DNA of 52,450 nt from Bacteroidales bacterium (GCA_045600905.1 JAZRYT010000069.1:1-52450), one strand, 5' to 3'. Numbered from the stretch's first letter, positions 29,644 through 40,289 are shown. Made by a program: numbers and translations. Notes: a model not told the origin generated them from the sequence alone.

Positions 29644-32600
29644 ATGAAGCGACTTGGTCTTTTTTTTTTACTGTTGATACTTTCAGCATCAACGATTTTG
29701 GCAGCTCCTATTGATACCAACAAGAGCAAACTGATTGCAACCAATTTTTATTCAAGCCGAGAGCCCGGATGTCGAGGTGCGGAAGCCAAACTTGCCTACG
29801 TCAAGAAAAGCTATCACCACTCAAGGCGAGATTCCATTACCTGTTTCCGCATATACAATGTAGGGAATGGTTATGTCATTGTCAGCGCGGATGACTGTTT
29901 GCAACCGGTATTAGGTTATTCGACGGAAAGCACCTTCAACGCCAATGAAATACCCATACAACTTCAAGACTGGTTTGAGGACTATGTCAAAGAAGCAGTT
30001 GAATCCATTGTGGAAGGTATCACGTGTGATGCACAAACAGCAGCCAAATGGAGGATGCTGTCAAAAGTGGATTACCGACCGACACGAGCAGGAACTACAG
30101 TTGTTTCGCCCCTTCTTTCCACCATTTGGAATCAGAATTCACCTTATAATCAACTTTGTCCTGCTGATGCGCAAGGTCCTGGCGGGCATGTGTATGCGGG
30201 CTGCGTGGCCACCGCTATGGCACAAGTCATCCGATACTGGCGTTATCCGGAACGAGGAATCGGACAACATTCTTACTCTGCAAACAATTCAGGACAAGGA
30301 TACGGCAACTATGGCATTCTGTTTGTGGACTTCAGTGACACGACCTACAACTACGACCTTATGCCCAACAGCATTTCTTCATCATCAAGCACCACACAGA
30401 TTAACGAAATAGCTAAGCTAATCTATCATTGTGGTGTAAGTGTTAATATGATGTACGGAAATGATGGAAGCGGGGCCTATTCTGCGGATGCGGCGGGTGC
30501 TTTAAACACTTATTTCGGATACTCAGGATGCGAGCATCTCAATAGAAGTACTAATTTGGATGACTGGACAGCACTTCTCAAAGAGGAATTGAACAATCTG
30601 CGTCCCATCTTATATCATGGCAGTGGTTCTGGCGGACACTCCTTTGTTTGCGACGGTTACGACAACGAAAACTATTTTCATTTCAATTGGGGATGGAGTG
30701 GCAGTTATAATGGATATTTTCTTCTTACCGCTATGACGCCGGGGACATCACACAATTACAACAATAGTCAAGGTGCTGTCATTCATATCAATGGCGGCAT
30801 CCCAATCATTCGTCCTTCCGAATCCTCAATCTCTTTTCTTGTCGAGGAAGGGACCGTCAGCGAAAATCATAAAATTTCTGTCATGACGAACGAAATTTCC
30901 AACAATATAAACATTACTGTTACTGGAAATTTCAAAATCAGTACAGATGGTACCAATTTCAGCAATTCCTGCGTTCTCAACAGCACAGGAGGCCAATTCT
31001 TCGTACGCTATCAACCCGTCAGTACAGGGATCAATGAACAGGGGATAATCACACTGACCAGTGGCAACATCACCTCTACTATCACGTTGTTAGGAAACAC
31101 CTACCACTTATCTTGTCTGCCTCCTCAAAATCTCACTACAAATGTTACAAACTCACCCTACGTGAATATTTCTTGGGAAGAACCCACGATGCAAGAATCT
31201 TCTTCTTCACAAATTCTAAGTTGGAACAACCACAATGTTTCCACCCGTTACGGCTATACTTCTGGAGATTATACGGTTACCATGCTTCAACGGTTCAGTA
31301 ATGCCGATTTAGTTTCCTATCACGGCCAATCACTTACTTCAATTTCTTTTTACGGATATACTGGTGCGACAACCTACAAAGCCGTTGTCTATCAAGGTGG
31401 GAGTTTCAATGGTAGTTCATACGACCCCGGACATTTGGTATTAGAGCAACCCATTCCTATGAACAGCGTGACTTTAGGCGGATGGAACACCGTAAACCTA
31501 AATCATCCTGTCACCATTGACGCGAACCAAGAGCTTTGGTTCGGAATATATGTGGAAGCCGACAGCGCCACTTACGTATTAGCAGTAGGAAGCCCCTACG
31601 TTGCTCAAAAAGGTTGTGTCTATGGCAGACACTCGGGCAACAGTGTCTCTTGGGGCGAATTTGTCCAAGATAAAAGTTTCTCCATCCAAGGAACCGTGAA
31701 AGATATGCCATTTGTTGAATATTATGAGGTATTTCGGGACAACACATCTATTGGGACAACAACTTCAACGGAAAAACAAGACCTCGTTGCAGGCACACAC
31801 ACTTACACAGTAACAGCCTATTGGAACAATTTCTGTTCTTCTTCTGCTCAAACAACATACACCTCTCCGCTTCATCTAGTTGCCATGCCGCTAGAGTATG
31901 ATTTTTTCAACGATTATGGTTACAACAGCCAAATCAAAAAAGTAACTGTTTCCTGTGATGACCCTTTTGCCTCGATAAACGCATCGGTAACTGGCAATTT
32001 CGCAATCAGCTCTGATTCTTCACACTTCAGTTCAACGTGTTCCTTAAGTACAAACGGAGGTGAAATTTTCGTCAAATACACCCCTACAGACCTCAATTCG
32101 ACTTTCGAAACAGGAAAAATCACCATAACATCTGGCAATTTTTCAACCACCGTCAATCTTACCGGGCAATGTTTCAAAGACTGCTATCCACCCGAGAATC
32201 TGACTATTTCAAAAACAGACGGCATTGCTGACCTAACTTGGGACAGTCCTATTCAACCACAACCCGACAATACGGAAATATCTTGGTGTACCACAAAAAC
32301 CTACGAGTACGGTTCTTCCTATTCAGCCACAAAATGTTACTGTCTGCATCGATTTTCCACTTCTGACTTGACTTCATATAGAAACAAGCAGTTGACATCC
32401 ATATCCTTCATGGCAAATGCCAATGCAACCACCTATAAAATCGTTGTTTATTCTGGCGGCAGCAACTCAGGAAACATCTATAATCCAGGTACATTATTAC
32501 TTGAGCAAACAGTCCCAACAAACCAACTCTTAAGTAACAATTGGAATACAATTTCTCTTTCAAGCCCTATTCCCATTAACCCAAACGAAGAATTGTGGTA

Positions 32601-33936
32601 TGGAATTTATATCGAAAGCCCCAAAAGCACCTACCCTATTTATGCGGGCACACCGTATGTCTCAAAAAAAGGATGCATCTACAAAGACATGAGCAGCAGT
32701 TATTCTTCTTGGAAAGAATATAATAAAAACCGTTCTTTTGTTCTTAAAGCCACTTTAGAAGACATTCCACTAGCATTATCCCATTACGAAATAATCAAAG
32801 ATGATCAAATATTGGGAAGCACATCTAACAGATTCTATTCAGATACCATTTTTCAAAACGGAAACTACGCCTTTTCTGTTTTTGCAGTATGGAACAACGG
32901 TTGCAAAGCGGCCAACCACAAGAACATCTCAATAAATGACATGCTTCCTCCTATTGGAGAGTCCCTCTCTGCAACTAATTGTGAGAGCTATCTTTGGAAC
33001 GGGAATTCATACACCACTTCTGGAATATACTTTAATAAATATTTCGCCGATCATCGTTGGCATATTGACACCCTACATTTAACCATATCTAACGACAATG
33101 CTACCATTGTCCCCGTTTCCGCCTGCGATGCTTACATCTGGAACGGAGAGACCTACACGACCTCCGGCGATTATATCCAGCACTTTGAGACCGTCAACGG
33201 TTGCGATTCAACGGTCACCCTGCACCTGACCGTCAATTACAGCGCCGCCACCGAGTTCGGCGAGACCGCCTGCGATTCCTACACCTGGAACGGACAGACC
33301 TACACGACCTCTGGCGACTTCATCCAGCACTTTGAAACCGTCAACGGTTGCGACTCCACGGTAACGCTGCACCTGACCGTCAATAACAGCGCCGCCACCG
33401 AGTTCAGTGAGACCGCCTGCGATGCTTACGTCTGGAACGGACAGACCTACACGACCTCCGGCGACTACATACAGCACTTCCAAACCGTCAGCGGCTGCGA
33501 CTCCGTCGTCACGCTGCACCTGACCGTCAATAACAGCGACTTTACGGAATTCAACATAGACTGTTCTGACAGTTGCTATATCTGGAACGATATGACCTAT
33601 TGCGAAACAGGGGATTACACCTTGACTCTAACCAACAATCAAGGATGTGACAGCGTTGTAGTTCTACATCTTACTATTACCAATGGTATTAACGAATATG
33701 CCAATAACAATTTCATAGTCTATCCTAATCCGACCACAGGAACGCTCTCCGTGAAAAATGATGTCCAGATAATCCAAAGTATTTCCATCTACAATGCCTA
33801 CGGTCAACTTATCAGACACGAAAAGGCAAATGACACGCACATCACTTTTGATGTCTCTAATTATGCTACAGGCCAATACTTTATACGTATAGAATCCTCT
33901 AATGGTTTCATCACGAAACCATTCATCAAGAAATAG
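29644..33936 (+). CDS. C10 (streptopain/interpain) cysteine protease with prodomain, duplicated accessory modules, Cys-containing repeats and T9SS type A CTD
   Basis: IVSADD..PVLGYS prodomain; WNQ, AGCVATAMAQ, GGHSFVCDGY, HFNWGW; C-terminal VYPNPT...G.YFIRI...KPFIKK. Confidence 0.92.
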   Translation: MKRLGLFFLLLILSASTILAAPIDTNKSKLIATNFYSSREPGCRGAEAKLAYVKKSYHHSRRDSITCFRIYNVGNGYVIVSADDCLQPVLGYSTESTFNANEIPIQLQDWFEDYVKEAVESIVEGITCDAQTAAKWRMLSKVDYRPTRAGTTVVSPLLSTIWNQNSPYNQLCPADAQGPGGHVYAGCVATAMAQVIRYWRYPERGIGQHSYSANNSGQGYGNYGILFVDFSDTTYNYDLMPNSISSSSSTTQINEIAKLIYHCGVSVNMMYGNDGSGAYSADAAGALNTYFGYSGCEHLNRSTNLDDWTALLKEELNNLRPILYHGSGSGGHSFVCDGYDNENYFHFNWGWSGSYNGYFLLTAMTPGTSHNYNNSQGAVIHINGGIPIIRPSESSISFLVEEGTVSENHKISVMTNEISNNINITVTGNFKISTDGTNFSNSCVLNSTGGQFFVRYQPVSTGINEQGIITLTSGNITSTITLLGNTYHLSCLPPQNLTTNVTNSPYVNISWEEPTMQESSSSQILSWNNHNVSTRYGYTSGDYTVTMLQRFSNADLVSYHGQSLTSISFYGYTGATTYKAVVYQGGSFNGSSYDPGHLVLEQPIPMNSVTLGGWNTVNLNHPVTIDANQELWFGIYVEADSATYVLAVGSPYVAQKGCVYGRHSGNSVSWGEFVQDKSFSIQGTVKDMPFVEYYEVFRDNTSIGTTTSTEKQDLVAGTHTYTVTAYWNNFCSSSAQTTYTSPLHLVAMPLEYDFFNDYGYNSQIKKVTVSCDDPFASINASVTGNFAISSDSSHFSSTCSLSTNGGEIFVKYTPTDLNSTFETGKITITSGNFSTTVNLTGQCFKDCYPPENLTISKTDGIADLTWDSPIQPQPDNTEISWCTTKTYEYGSSYSATKCYCLHRFSTSDLTSYRNKQLTSISFMANANATTYKIVVYSGGSNSGNIYNPGTLLLEQTVPTNQLLSNNWNTISLSSPIPINPNEELWYGIYIESPKSTYPIYAGTPYVSKKGCIYKDMSSSYSSWKEYNKNRSFVLKATLEDIPLALSHYEIIKDDQILGSTSNRFYSDTIFQNGNYAFSVFAVWNNGCKAANHKNISINDMLPPIGESLSATNCESYLWNGNSYTTSGIYFNKYFADHRWHIDTLHLTISNDNATIVPVSACDAYIWNGETYTTSGDYIQHFETVNGCDSTVTLHLTVNYSAATEFGETACDSYTWNGQTYTTSGDFIQHFETVNGCDSTVTLHLTVNNSAATEFSETACDAYVWNGQTYTTSGDYIQHFQTVSGCDSVVTLHLTVNNSDFTEFNIDCSDSCYIWNDMTYCETGDYTLTLTNNQGCDSVVVLHLTITNGINEYANNNFIVYPNPTTGTLSVKNDVQIIQSISIYNAYGQLIRHEKANDTHITFDVSNYATGQYFIRIESSNGFITKPFIKK
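33121..33540 (+). repeat. 147-bp (49-aa) intragenic tandem repeat, about 3 well-conserved copies
   Basis: Units at 33121, 33268 and 33415 (ACD.Y.WNG.TYTTSGD.IQHF.TV.GCDS.VTLHLTVN). Confidence 0.95.
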
Positions 33937-35218
33937 TGCCTATCAACTTGATAACACACTCCCCTATGCTGCAATCCAAGCAACGTCTTTCTTTGCAGTA
34001 GTTGTCAAAAAGTTCTATTAGAGCTTGAGAGTCAAACGCCGATTTCTGAGGAAACGGCGTTTTTTTATATACTCTTGTTAACTTATTGTCCTCAAAAGGA
34101 AGTTTTTCCAATATCTGCACTGTTTCTTCCAACAGATGCTCATTCCCCGAAAAGCGATGGAAAGCAAACAGAACAGGTATTACTGAATTTATCAGCAACA
34201 GATTGACCGCCGTCGAACCCATAGAAATACTATGTGTCAACATAGTTTCCTTGCCAAAATGGTAATGATTCAACCAATATTCGTCCGCATCAACAGATAA
34301 AATATTGGACAAATATTCCATAGAAGGATGGTTGACGAATTCAGATAAAAGATCGGAGGAGAATCGGTGCAGCAAACTCGCGAACTGGGCCAATCTGACA
34401 CAAGGGAAATTTGGTGGACGCAAACGAAGGAGATTCCAATGATGCGCGCCAATCGGGGTCAGCTGATACTTGTATCTCAAATAATCGTACTCATATTTCA
34501 AACTATCATAATAGGCATCTATATGTGGAAATTCCAACATTCCCGCTTGCCCAAAGACCAACGCATTCATCTGCAATGCGGAATCAGAATGTCTCGAAAG
34601 GATTTTCAGAGGCAGGCTTCGCGACAATAATTCAAAAGCCGTCGCATTGGTTTTAAATCCAAAACTAACAGCCAACTGACGATACAGGGTCTCATTCCAA
34701 TCATATTGACATTGGGACAACACTTTCAATACCGCATCCTGCTTACGAAGCAGGCGTTCCATCACCACGGAGGACATTTGGGTATGAACGTGCAACTCGT
34801 CAACATTAGACAGATAATTTTCACACGGGAGCGTATCCAGAGAATTCACCAAATTCTGATACTGCATCAGCATTTTTTGAGGAATACGGTTTTTCAATTC
34901 CAATGTCGGATAATACTCTCCCCGCGTTCGTTCCACATCCACATCATTCTCATACACGACATGCAATATTACAGACTTATATTTTTCATCTGCTTGATGT
35001 TTGTGCATATACCAATCCGAACTTTTGACATGGATTTCCACATCTCCAGCCCATTTCATATCCGCGATACGAACAACCGCTTGCTTAAAGTCTGGTCCCG
35101 CATCCGTATTATGATACCCTGGAAAAATTATTTCTATTGAATCGTGATTTGTAGTTTGAACATTCAAAAAATCAAACAACCGATTCTGCCATACATAATG
35201 TAAAAAAGCCTCCGTCAT
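33926..35218 (-). CDS. DUF2851 family protein
   Basis: MTEAFLHYVW, NTDAGPDF, GDVEIH, VILHVV, RLRPPNFP, C-terminal YC....CL.C. Confidence 0.85.
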   Translation of the reverse strand: MTEAFLHYVWQNRLFDFLNVQTTNHDSIEIIFPGYHNTDAGPDFKQAVVRIADMKWAGDVEIHVKSSDWYMHKHQADEKYKSVILHVVYENDVDVERTRGEYYPTLELKNRIPQKMLMQYQNLVNSLDTLPCENYLSNVDELHVHTQMSSVVMERLLRKQDAVLKVLSQCQYDWNETLYRQLAVSFGFKTNATAFELLSRSLPLKILSRHSDSALQMNALVFGQAGMLEFPHIDAYYDSLKYEYDYLRYKYQLTPIGAHHWNLLRLRPPNFPCVRLAQFASLLHRFSSDLLSEFVNHPSMEYLSNILSVDADEYWLNHYHFGKETMLTHSISMGSTAVNLLLINSVIPVLFAFHRFSGNEHLLEETVQILEKLPFEDNKLTRVYKKTPFPQKSAFDSQALIELFDNYCKERRCLDCSIGECVIKLIGTIS

Positions 35219-35415
35219 ACGCTCTATTTTTATTCGCCGCAAAAATAAAATTATTTTTAATACATCAAAATAATTCATACTAATTTTATTAATTTTGCGT
35301 TACCACCTACAACATACAGCTTCAGCATAAATCAAATATCATATATACAACTTTGATTATTAGAAATTAGGACAATTATTAATACTCGTAAAATTAACAA
35401 TTAATTCTTAAAAAG

Positions 35416-35781
35416 ATGCAGACAGAAAATCAAGAAAAAGGTAAAAAGGGGGAGCAGATGGCTTCGGAATATCTGATGTCAAACGGTTACACAATTTTAG
35501 AGACAAACTGGCAAGTCGGTCATTTGGAGGTAGATATCATCGCTTCCACTGAAGACATGCTTGTATTCGTAGAAGTGAAGACGCGGAAAAGCAATCTATT
35601 TGGTGAGCCCGAAGAATTTGTCGGATTGCCCAAACAACGGAATTTGATTCGGGCCGCGAACATCTACATTGAAAAGACGGGTATCACCAAAGAAGTGCGT
35701 TTCGACATCATCTCCGTCATTTTGAACGAGGGGGTTGAAAGTGTGAAACATATAGCAGATGCTTTCAAACCTCGTTGGTAG
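35416..35781 (+). CDS. yraN: YraN family endonuclease
   Basis: GE..A..YL...GY.ILE.NW, EVDIIA, VFVEVKTR, RFDII. Confidence 0.92.
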   Translation: MQTENQEKGKKGEQMASEYLMSNGYTILETNWQVGHLEVDIIASTEDMLVFVEVKTRKSNLFGEPEEFVGLPKQRNLIRAANIYIEKTGITKEVRFDIISVILNEGVESVKHIADAFKPRW

Positions 35782-35785
35782 GCAT

Positions 35786-35813
35786 AAAAAAACCGGATGC
35801 GTTGGCATCCGGT
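35786..35813 (-). terminator. Rho-independent terminator of rnpB (possibly bidirectional with yraN)
   Basis: accggatgc-gttg-gcatccggt hairpin, T7 tract on the minus strand. Confidence 0.8.
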
Positions 35814-35817
35814 AAAT

Positions 35818-36151
35818 CAAGGAAGACTTATAAGCCGGGTTCTGTATTAGGTTGCCATTTATCTAGGGCCTGCGTCACCGCAGGTCTCAATCAACCTACC
35901 CTCCGAGTCGGACGAGCAGCCCTCAGGCCTCGGTTTATTTGGTCTTTCAACCCATAAGGTTTACCCCAACCGACATCACTGCCGGCCGCGTGAGCTCTTA
36001 CCTCGCGTTTTCACCCTTACCCTTTCGGGCGGTATTTTTTCTGCGGCACTTTCTGTCATCCTAAGATGCCTTCCCGTTAGGAAGTATGGTGCTCTATGTT
36101 GCCCGGACTTTCCTCTCCCGCCAAGCGGCAGCGGCAACCAGGTCTTCCTTG
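35818..36151 (-). ncRNA. rnpB: RNase P RNA (bacterial type A)
   Basis: GAGGAAAGUCCGGGC, AGUGCCGCAGAAAA, GGUAAACC and ACAGAACCCGGCUUAU conserved blocks; P1 helix caaggaagac/gtcttccttg. Confidence 0.97.
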
Positions 36152-36154
36152 GTG

Positions 36155-36240
36155 GTTCCAAGTTTAAAGTTTAAATAGCAGGGGCACATCCCAACTCCTT
36201 AGCCCTTACTCCTAATCCTTATTACCTATCACATAATCCC
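36155..36240. repeat. Heptamer repeats between dnaN and rnpB
   Basis: gttccaa gtttaaa gtttaaa, then actcctt agccctt actccta atcctt... Confidence 0.6.
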
Positions 36241-36243
36241 TGC

Positions 36244-37374
36244 TTAAGAGTTCAGCATAACGGGCATAATGAGCATCAGGAGGTCTTCATTCTCATCATA
36301 CTGCTCTTCCGGAATAATCAGAGCCGCGCGGTTGGGTTCGGAAAGTTCCAAGCGAATCTGTTCGGCATCCATATTTTCCAACATTTCGCGCAAGAATTTG
36401 GCATTGAATCCGATATTCATCGGGGTACCGGTGAAGACACCCGTAACATCTTCTGAAGCCTTATTGGAGAAATCCATATCTTCCGCTGTGATGTTTGATT
36501 TTTCCTGAGACAGGGAGACTCTGACTTGGAAAGTCGATTGGTTGGAATAGATACCCACACGGCGAATGGATTTGAGGAATTCGTCTTTAGAGACCACGAA
36601 CATATTCGGATTGTTCTGAGGGATAACAGCCTCATAGTTAGGAAATTTACCTTCTTTCAAAGAAGAATAGAGCACCATGTTTCCGAAAGAGAATCTGATA
36701 TGGTGGGTTTCTTGAGAATATTCAACATGAACACTTTCATTCACGCCGGAAAGGATGTTCTTCAAATGAGCAATCGGTTTCTTAGAAAGGATAAAGGATG
36801 CGAATTCGTCGGTTTTGACTTTGTCATTGCGATAGCGGACAAGTTTGTGGGCATCGGTAGCCACGAACGTCACGCACTCGCTGGAGAGTTCGCAGAGCAC
36901 GCCCATCATCGCGGGACGGAGCTCGTCCATACTGGTGGCGAACATCGTCTTGCCGATTGCGCGTTGGAGCACAAGAGCATCAATATCGAAGGAGCTGGGA
37001 TTTTGAATTTCAGCGACAGATGGAAACTCCTTGCCGTCGTGGCAGGGCGCGTCATACACGCCATTTGCGGCCGTGAACTTCAAAACACCGGAGGCTTCAT
37101 CAATTACAAATACGATTGGTGTTTCCGGAATGAGCTTCAGGGTCTCGATAAGGAGTTTTGCCGGGACAGCGACACAGCCCTCGCCTTCAACATTGTCGAG
37201 TTCGATTTCAGCCGTCATAGTCGATTCCAAATCGGAAGCAGTCAGCTGCAGCTTGTCCCCTTGGATAGTCACTAAAACGTTATCTAAAATCGGCATGGAG
37301 TTGTTGGAACTCATCACGCCACTGATGGCGCTTAAATTACGATACAGAATATCTCGTGATACGATAAATTTCAT
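36244..37374 (-). CDS. dnaN: DNA polymerase III subunit beta
   Basis: MKFIVS, LTASDLE, VATDAHKL, GKFPNYEAVIP, IGFNAKFL, LIMP. Confidence 0.97.
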   Translation of the reverse strand: MKFIVSRDILYRNLSAISGVMSSNNSMPILDNVLVTIQGDKLQLTASDLESTMTAEIELDNVEGEGCVAVPAKLLIETLKLIPETPIVFVIDEASGVLKFTAANGVYDAPCHDGKEFPSVAEIQNPSSFDIDALVLQRAIGKTMFATSMDELRPAMMGVLCELSSECVTFVATDAHKLVRYRNDKVKTDEFASFILSKKPIAHLKNILSGVNESVHVEYSQETHHIRFSFGNMVLYSSLKEGKFPNYEAVIPQNNPNMFVVSKDEFLKSIRRVGIYSNQSTFQVRVSLSQEKSNITAEDMDFSNKASEDVTGVFTGTPMNIGFNAKFLREMLENMDAEQIRLELSEPNRAALIIPEEQYDENEDLLMLIMPVMLNS

Positions 37375-37400
37375 AGTTTTCCTTTTTAAAAATTAGAGCG

Positions 37401-37462
37401 CAAAGATATATTTTTTTTCGACACTTTTATTTGAAAAAATGAGGTATTTTTTTGTATCTTTG
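37401..37462. promoter_or_regulatory. Divergent sigma-A promoters for dnaN and pyrE-atpHAG
   Basis: TATCTTTG on the minus strand (37401-37408) and on the plus strand (37455-37462). Confidence 0.7.
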
Positions 37463-37483
37463 CCGCCTTGAATTTAACAAGCA

Positions 37484-38044
37484 ATGAATATGGTAATAGA
37501 CGAACTCAAACAATCAGAAGCCCTCTTGGAGGGGCATTTCCTTCTATCTTCCGGCCGTCACAGCGACCGCTATTGTCAATGCGCGAAGCTCCTTCAATAC
37601 CCGGATCGTGCAGAACGCGTCATCGCCCGTATCACGGAGCAAGTGAAAGACCTCCATATTGATATGGTAGTAGGTCCGGCCATGGGCGGTATCATCGTCG
37701 CATACGAGTTGGGACGTCAGCTCGGCGTTCCCGCCATCTTCACCGAACGCGTTGACAACGTCATGACGCTGCGCCGCGGTTTCGAAGTGAAACCGGGACA
37801 GAAACTTATCATCTCCGAAGACGTGGTCACCACCGGCAAGTCCTCCCTCGAAACTATCGAGGTGCTGAAATCCTTCGGTGCCGAAGTCATCGGTGTCGCT
37901 TGTCTGGCAGACCGCAGCGCCGGCGACTTTCCCTACCCTATCTACAGCGCGACCAAACTCGACATCCAGAGTTGGGAAGTGGCAGATTGTCCACTCTGCA
38001 AGCAAGGTCTTCCGTTTGTAAAACCCGGTAGCAGAAAATTCTAA
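37484..38044 (+). CDS. pyrE: Orotate phosphoribosyltransferase
   Basis: [31 protein letters not shown] motif. Confidence 0.93.
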   Translation: MNMVIDELKQSEALLEGHFLLSSGRHSDRYCQCAKLLQYPDRAERVIARITEQVKDLHIDMVVGPAMGGIIVAYELGRQLGVPAIFTERVDNVMTLRRGFEVKPGQKLIISEDVVTTGKSSLETIEVLKSFGAEVIGVACLADRSAGDFPYPIYSATKLDIQSWEVADCPLCKQGLPFVKPGSRKF

Positions 38045-38118
38045 GCAAAGCGACCTTGGGTTCGCCCAAAGGCTTTGAACCAGCAAACAACTATTTTGCG
38101 CCACTAACATTATCACAA

Positions 38119-38676
38119 ATGAAGAATCCCAAACTAGCTAACAGATACGCCAAGGCTTTGTTCGACTTCGCCCTCGAACGCAAACAAATGGAAGAAGTCC
38201 ACAAAGACCTGATCTTGGTTCTTGACATCCTAAAAGAGAACACCGAGCTTCAGAGCATCCTGAACAGCCCTGTCATCGTTCCTTCCAAAAAGCATGCTAT
38301 TTTCACCAGCATCTTCCAAGAATCATTGTGCGAAACCAGCTTCTCGTTTTTGGATGTCATTATCCGCAAGAAGCGCGAACCTATGCTGTCCCTTATATGC
38401 AACGAATTCGTTAAATATTATAATGAATATCATAAGATAAAGGTCATCACCCTTACCTGCGCGGAACCTGTAGGCGACGAAATGATTGAGAAGCTCAAGC
38501 ATTTCCTCACCGCCGATTCCGGATACACCCTAGAGCTCCACCAAGTGATCAACAAAGACATCATCGGCGGCTTTATTTTGAAAATGGATGATTACTATTA
38601 TGACAACAGCATATCATCTAAAATCAACAAGTTAAAACAGGAATTTGCGCATAATATTTACCAAGTCAATTTTTAA
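38119..38676 (+). CDS. atpH: F0F1 ATP synthase subunit delta
   Basis: ANRYAKALF, IIGGFIL..D.S; ATG at 38119. Confidence 0.93.
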   Translation: MKNPKLANRYAKALFDFALERKQMEEVHKDLILVLDILKENTELQSILNSPVIVPSKKHAIFTSIFQESLCETSFSFLDVIIRKKREPMLSLICNEFVKYYNEYHKIKVITLTCAEPVGDEMIEKLKHFLTADSGYTLELHQVINKDIIGGFILKMDDYYYDNSISSKINKLKQEFAHNIYQVNF

Positions 38677-38694
38677 TATCTAACTATCAACTAT

Positions 38695-40287
38695 ATGTCA
38701 GAAATAAAACCCTCAGAAGTAACATCCATTTTGCGTCAGCAGTTGCACAACTTCGATTTGTCAGCCGAAGTTGAGGAGACTGGCACCGTCCTTCTTGTTG
38801 GTGACGGTATCGCCCGTGTATATGGACTGAGAAACGCAAGATCTGGAGAGCTGGTGACTTTCGAAACCAACACTGGCGCAACAGTCACCGGTATCGCTCT
38901 CAACCTGGAGGAAGACAACGTCGGTGTCGTCCTTCTTGGTGACTCCAAAACTCTTAATGAAGGTGACATTTGCAAACGTACCGGCAGAATCGCCTCCATT
39001 CCTGTTGGCGAAGGCTTGTTGGGCCGTGTAATCAACACCTTGGGCGAGCCCATTGACGGTAAAGGTCAAATCGAAGGAGACCTTTACGAAATGCCCATCG
39101 AGCGTAAGGCTCCAGGCGTCATTTACCGTCAACCCGTGAAAGAGCCGCTGCAAACCGGTTTGAAAGCCGTTGATGCCATGATCCCTATCGGCCGCGGCCA
39201 ACGTGAGCTGATCATCGGCGACCGTCAGACAGGTAAAACGGCTATCGCCATCGATGCCATCATCAATCAAAAAGAATTTTACGAACAGGGCAACCCCGTT
39301 TATTGTATTTACGTAGCAGTCGGACAAAAGGGTTCTTCCGTTGCAGCCTTGGTGAAGACACTTACCGAAAGAGGCGCTATGCCCTACACCATCGTAGTGA
39401 CCGCTACCGCTTCCGATGCCGCCGCTATGCAGTTCTACGCTCCATTTGCAGGTGCCGCTATTGGTGAATACTTCCGTGATACCGGACGTAACGCCCTCAT
39501 CATTTACGACGACCTTTCCAAACAAGCTGTCGCATATCGTGAAGTCTCCCTGCTGCTCCGTCGTCCCCCTGGGCGTGAAGCATACCCCGGCGATGTGTTC
39601 TACCTCCACTCCAGACTGTTGGAAAGAGCTGCTAAAATCATCGAATCCGATGAAATCGCAGCCAAAATGAACGACCTGCCGCAATCCATCAAGCACCTTG
39701 TGAAAGGTGGCGGTTCCCTTACCGCTCTGCCTATCATCGAAACCCAAGCCGGTGACGTTTCCGCATACATTCCGACCAACGTGATTTCTATTACCGACGG
39801 TCAGATTTTCTTGGAGACCTCCCTCTTCAATGCCGGTGTCCGCCCCGCTATCAACGTCGGTATCTCCGTATCCCGCGTCGGTGGTAACGCCCAAATCAAA
39901 TCAATGAAGAAAGTGGCCGGCACACTGAAACTCGACCAAGCACAGTACCGCGAAATGGAATCCTTTGCAAAATTCGGTTCCGACTTGGACGCAGCCACCA
40001 AATACGTGCTTGACAAGGGTGCCCGCAACGTGGAAATCCTGAAACAACCGCAATACACACCGTATAAAGTTGAAGAGCAAATCGCCATCATCTTCTGCGG
40101 CTCCCGCGGCTTGTTACAGAATATCCCCATTTCAAATATCCGCAACTTCGAAACTGAATTCATCCATTTTATGCACGAACAACATCAGGATGTTCTCGAC
40201 ATTCTGAGATCCGGTAAAATTGATGATAACGTAATGAAACAACTTCAAGACGCTTGTAATGAAGTTGCCGCTAAACACGAAAATTAA
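38695..40287 (+). CDS. atpA: F0F1 ATP synthase subunit alpha
   Basis: [30 protein letters not shown]. Confidence 0.98.
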   Translation: MSEIKPSEVTSILRQQLHNFDLSAEVEETGTVLLVGDGIARVYGLRNARSGELVTFETNTGATVTGIALNLEEDNVGVVLLGDSKTLNEGDICKRTGRIASIPVGEGLLGRVINTLGEPIDGKGQIEGDLYEMPIERKAPGVIYRQPVKEPLQTGLKAVDAMIPIGRGQRELIIGDRQTGKTAIAIDAIINQKEFYEQGNPVYCIYVAVGQKGSSVAALVKTLTERGAMPYTIVVTATASDAAAMQFYAPFAGAAIGEYFRDTGRNALIIYDDLSKQAVAYREVSLLLRRPPGREAYPGDVFYLHSRLLERAAKIIESDEIAAKMNDLPQSIKHLVKGGGSLTALPIIETQAGDVSAYIPTNVISITDGQIFLETSLFNAGVRPAINVGISVSRVGGNAQIKSMKKVAGTLKLDQAQYREMESFAKFGSDLDAATKYVLDKGARNVEILKQPQYTPYKVEEQIAIIFCGSRGLLQNIPISNIRNFETEFIHFMHEQHQDVLDILRSGKIDDNVMKQLQDACNEVAAKHEN

Positions 40288-40289
40288 TT

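Noticed and set aside
33121-33540. Repeats as a CRISPR array or DGR template/variable pair
   Set aside because: In-frame coding repeats without spacers; differences are not adenine-specific; no cas or reverse transcriptase gene in the window
35976-36161. 61-aa ORF (and 35775-35957)
   Set aside because: Lies over the RNase P RNA gene
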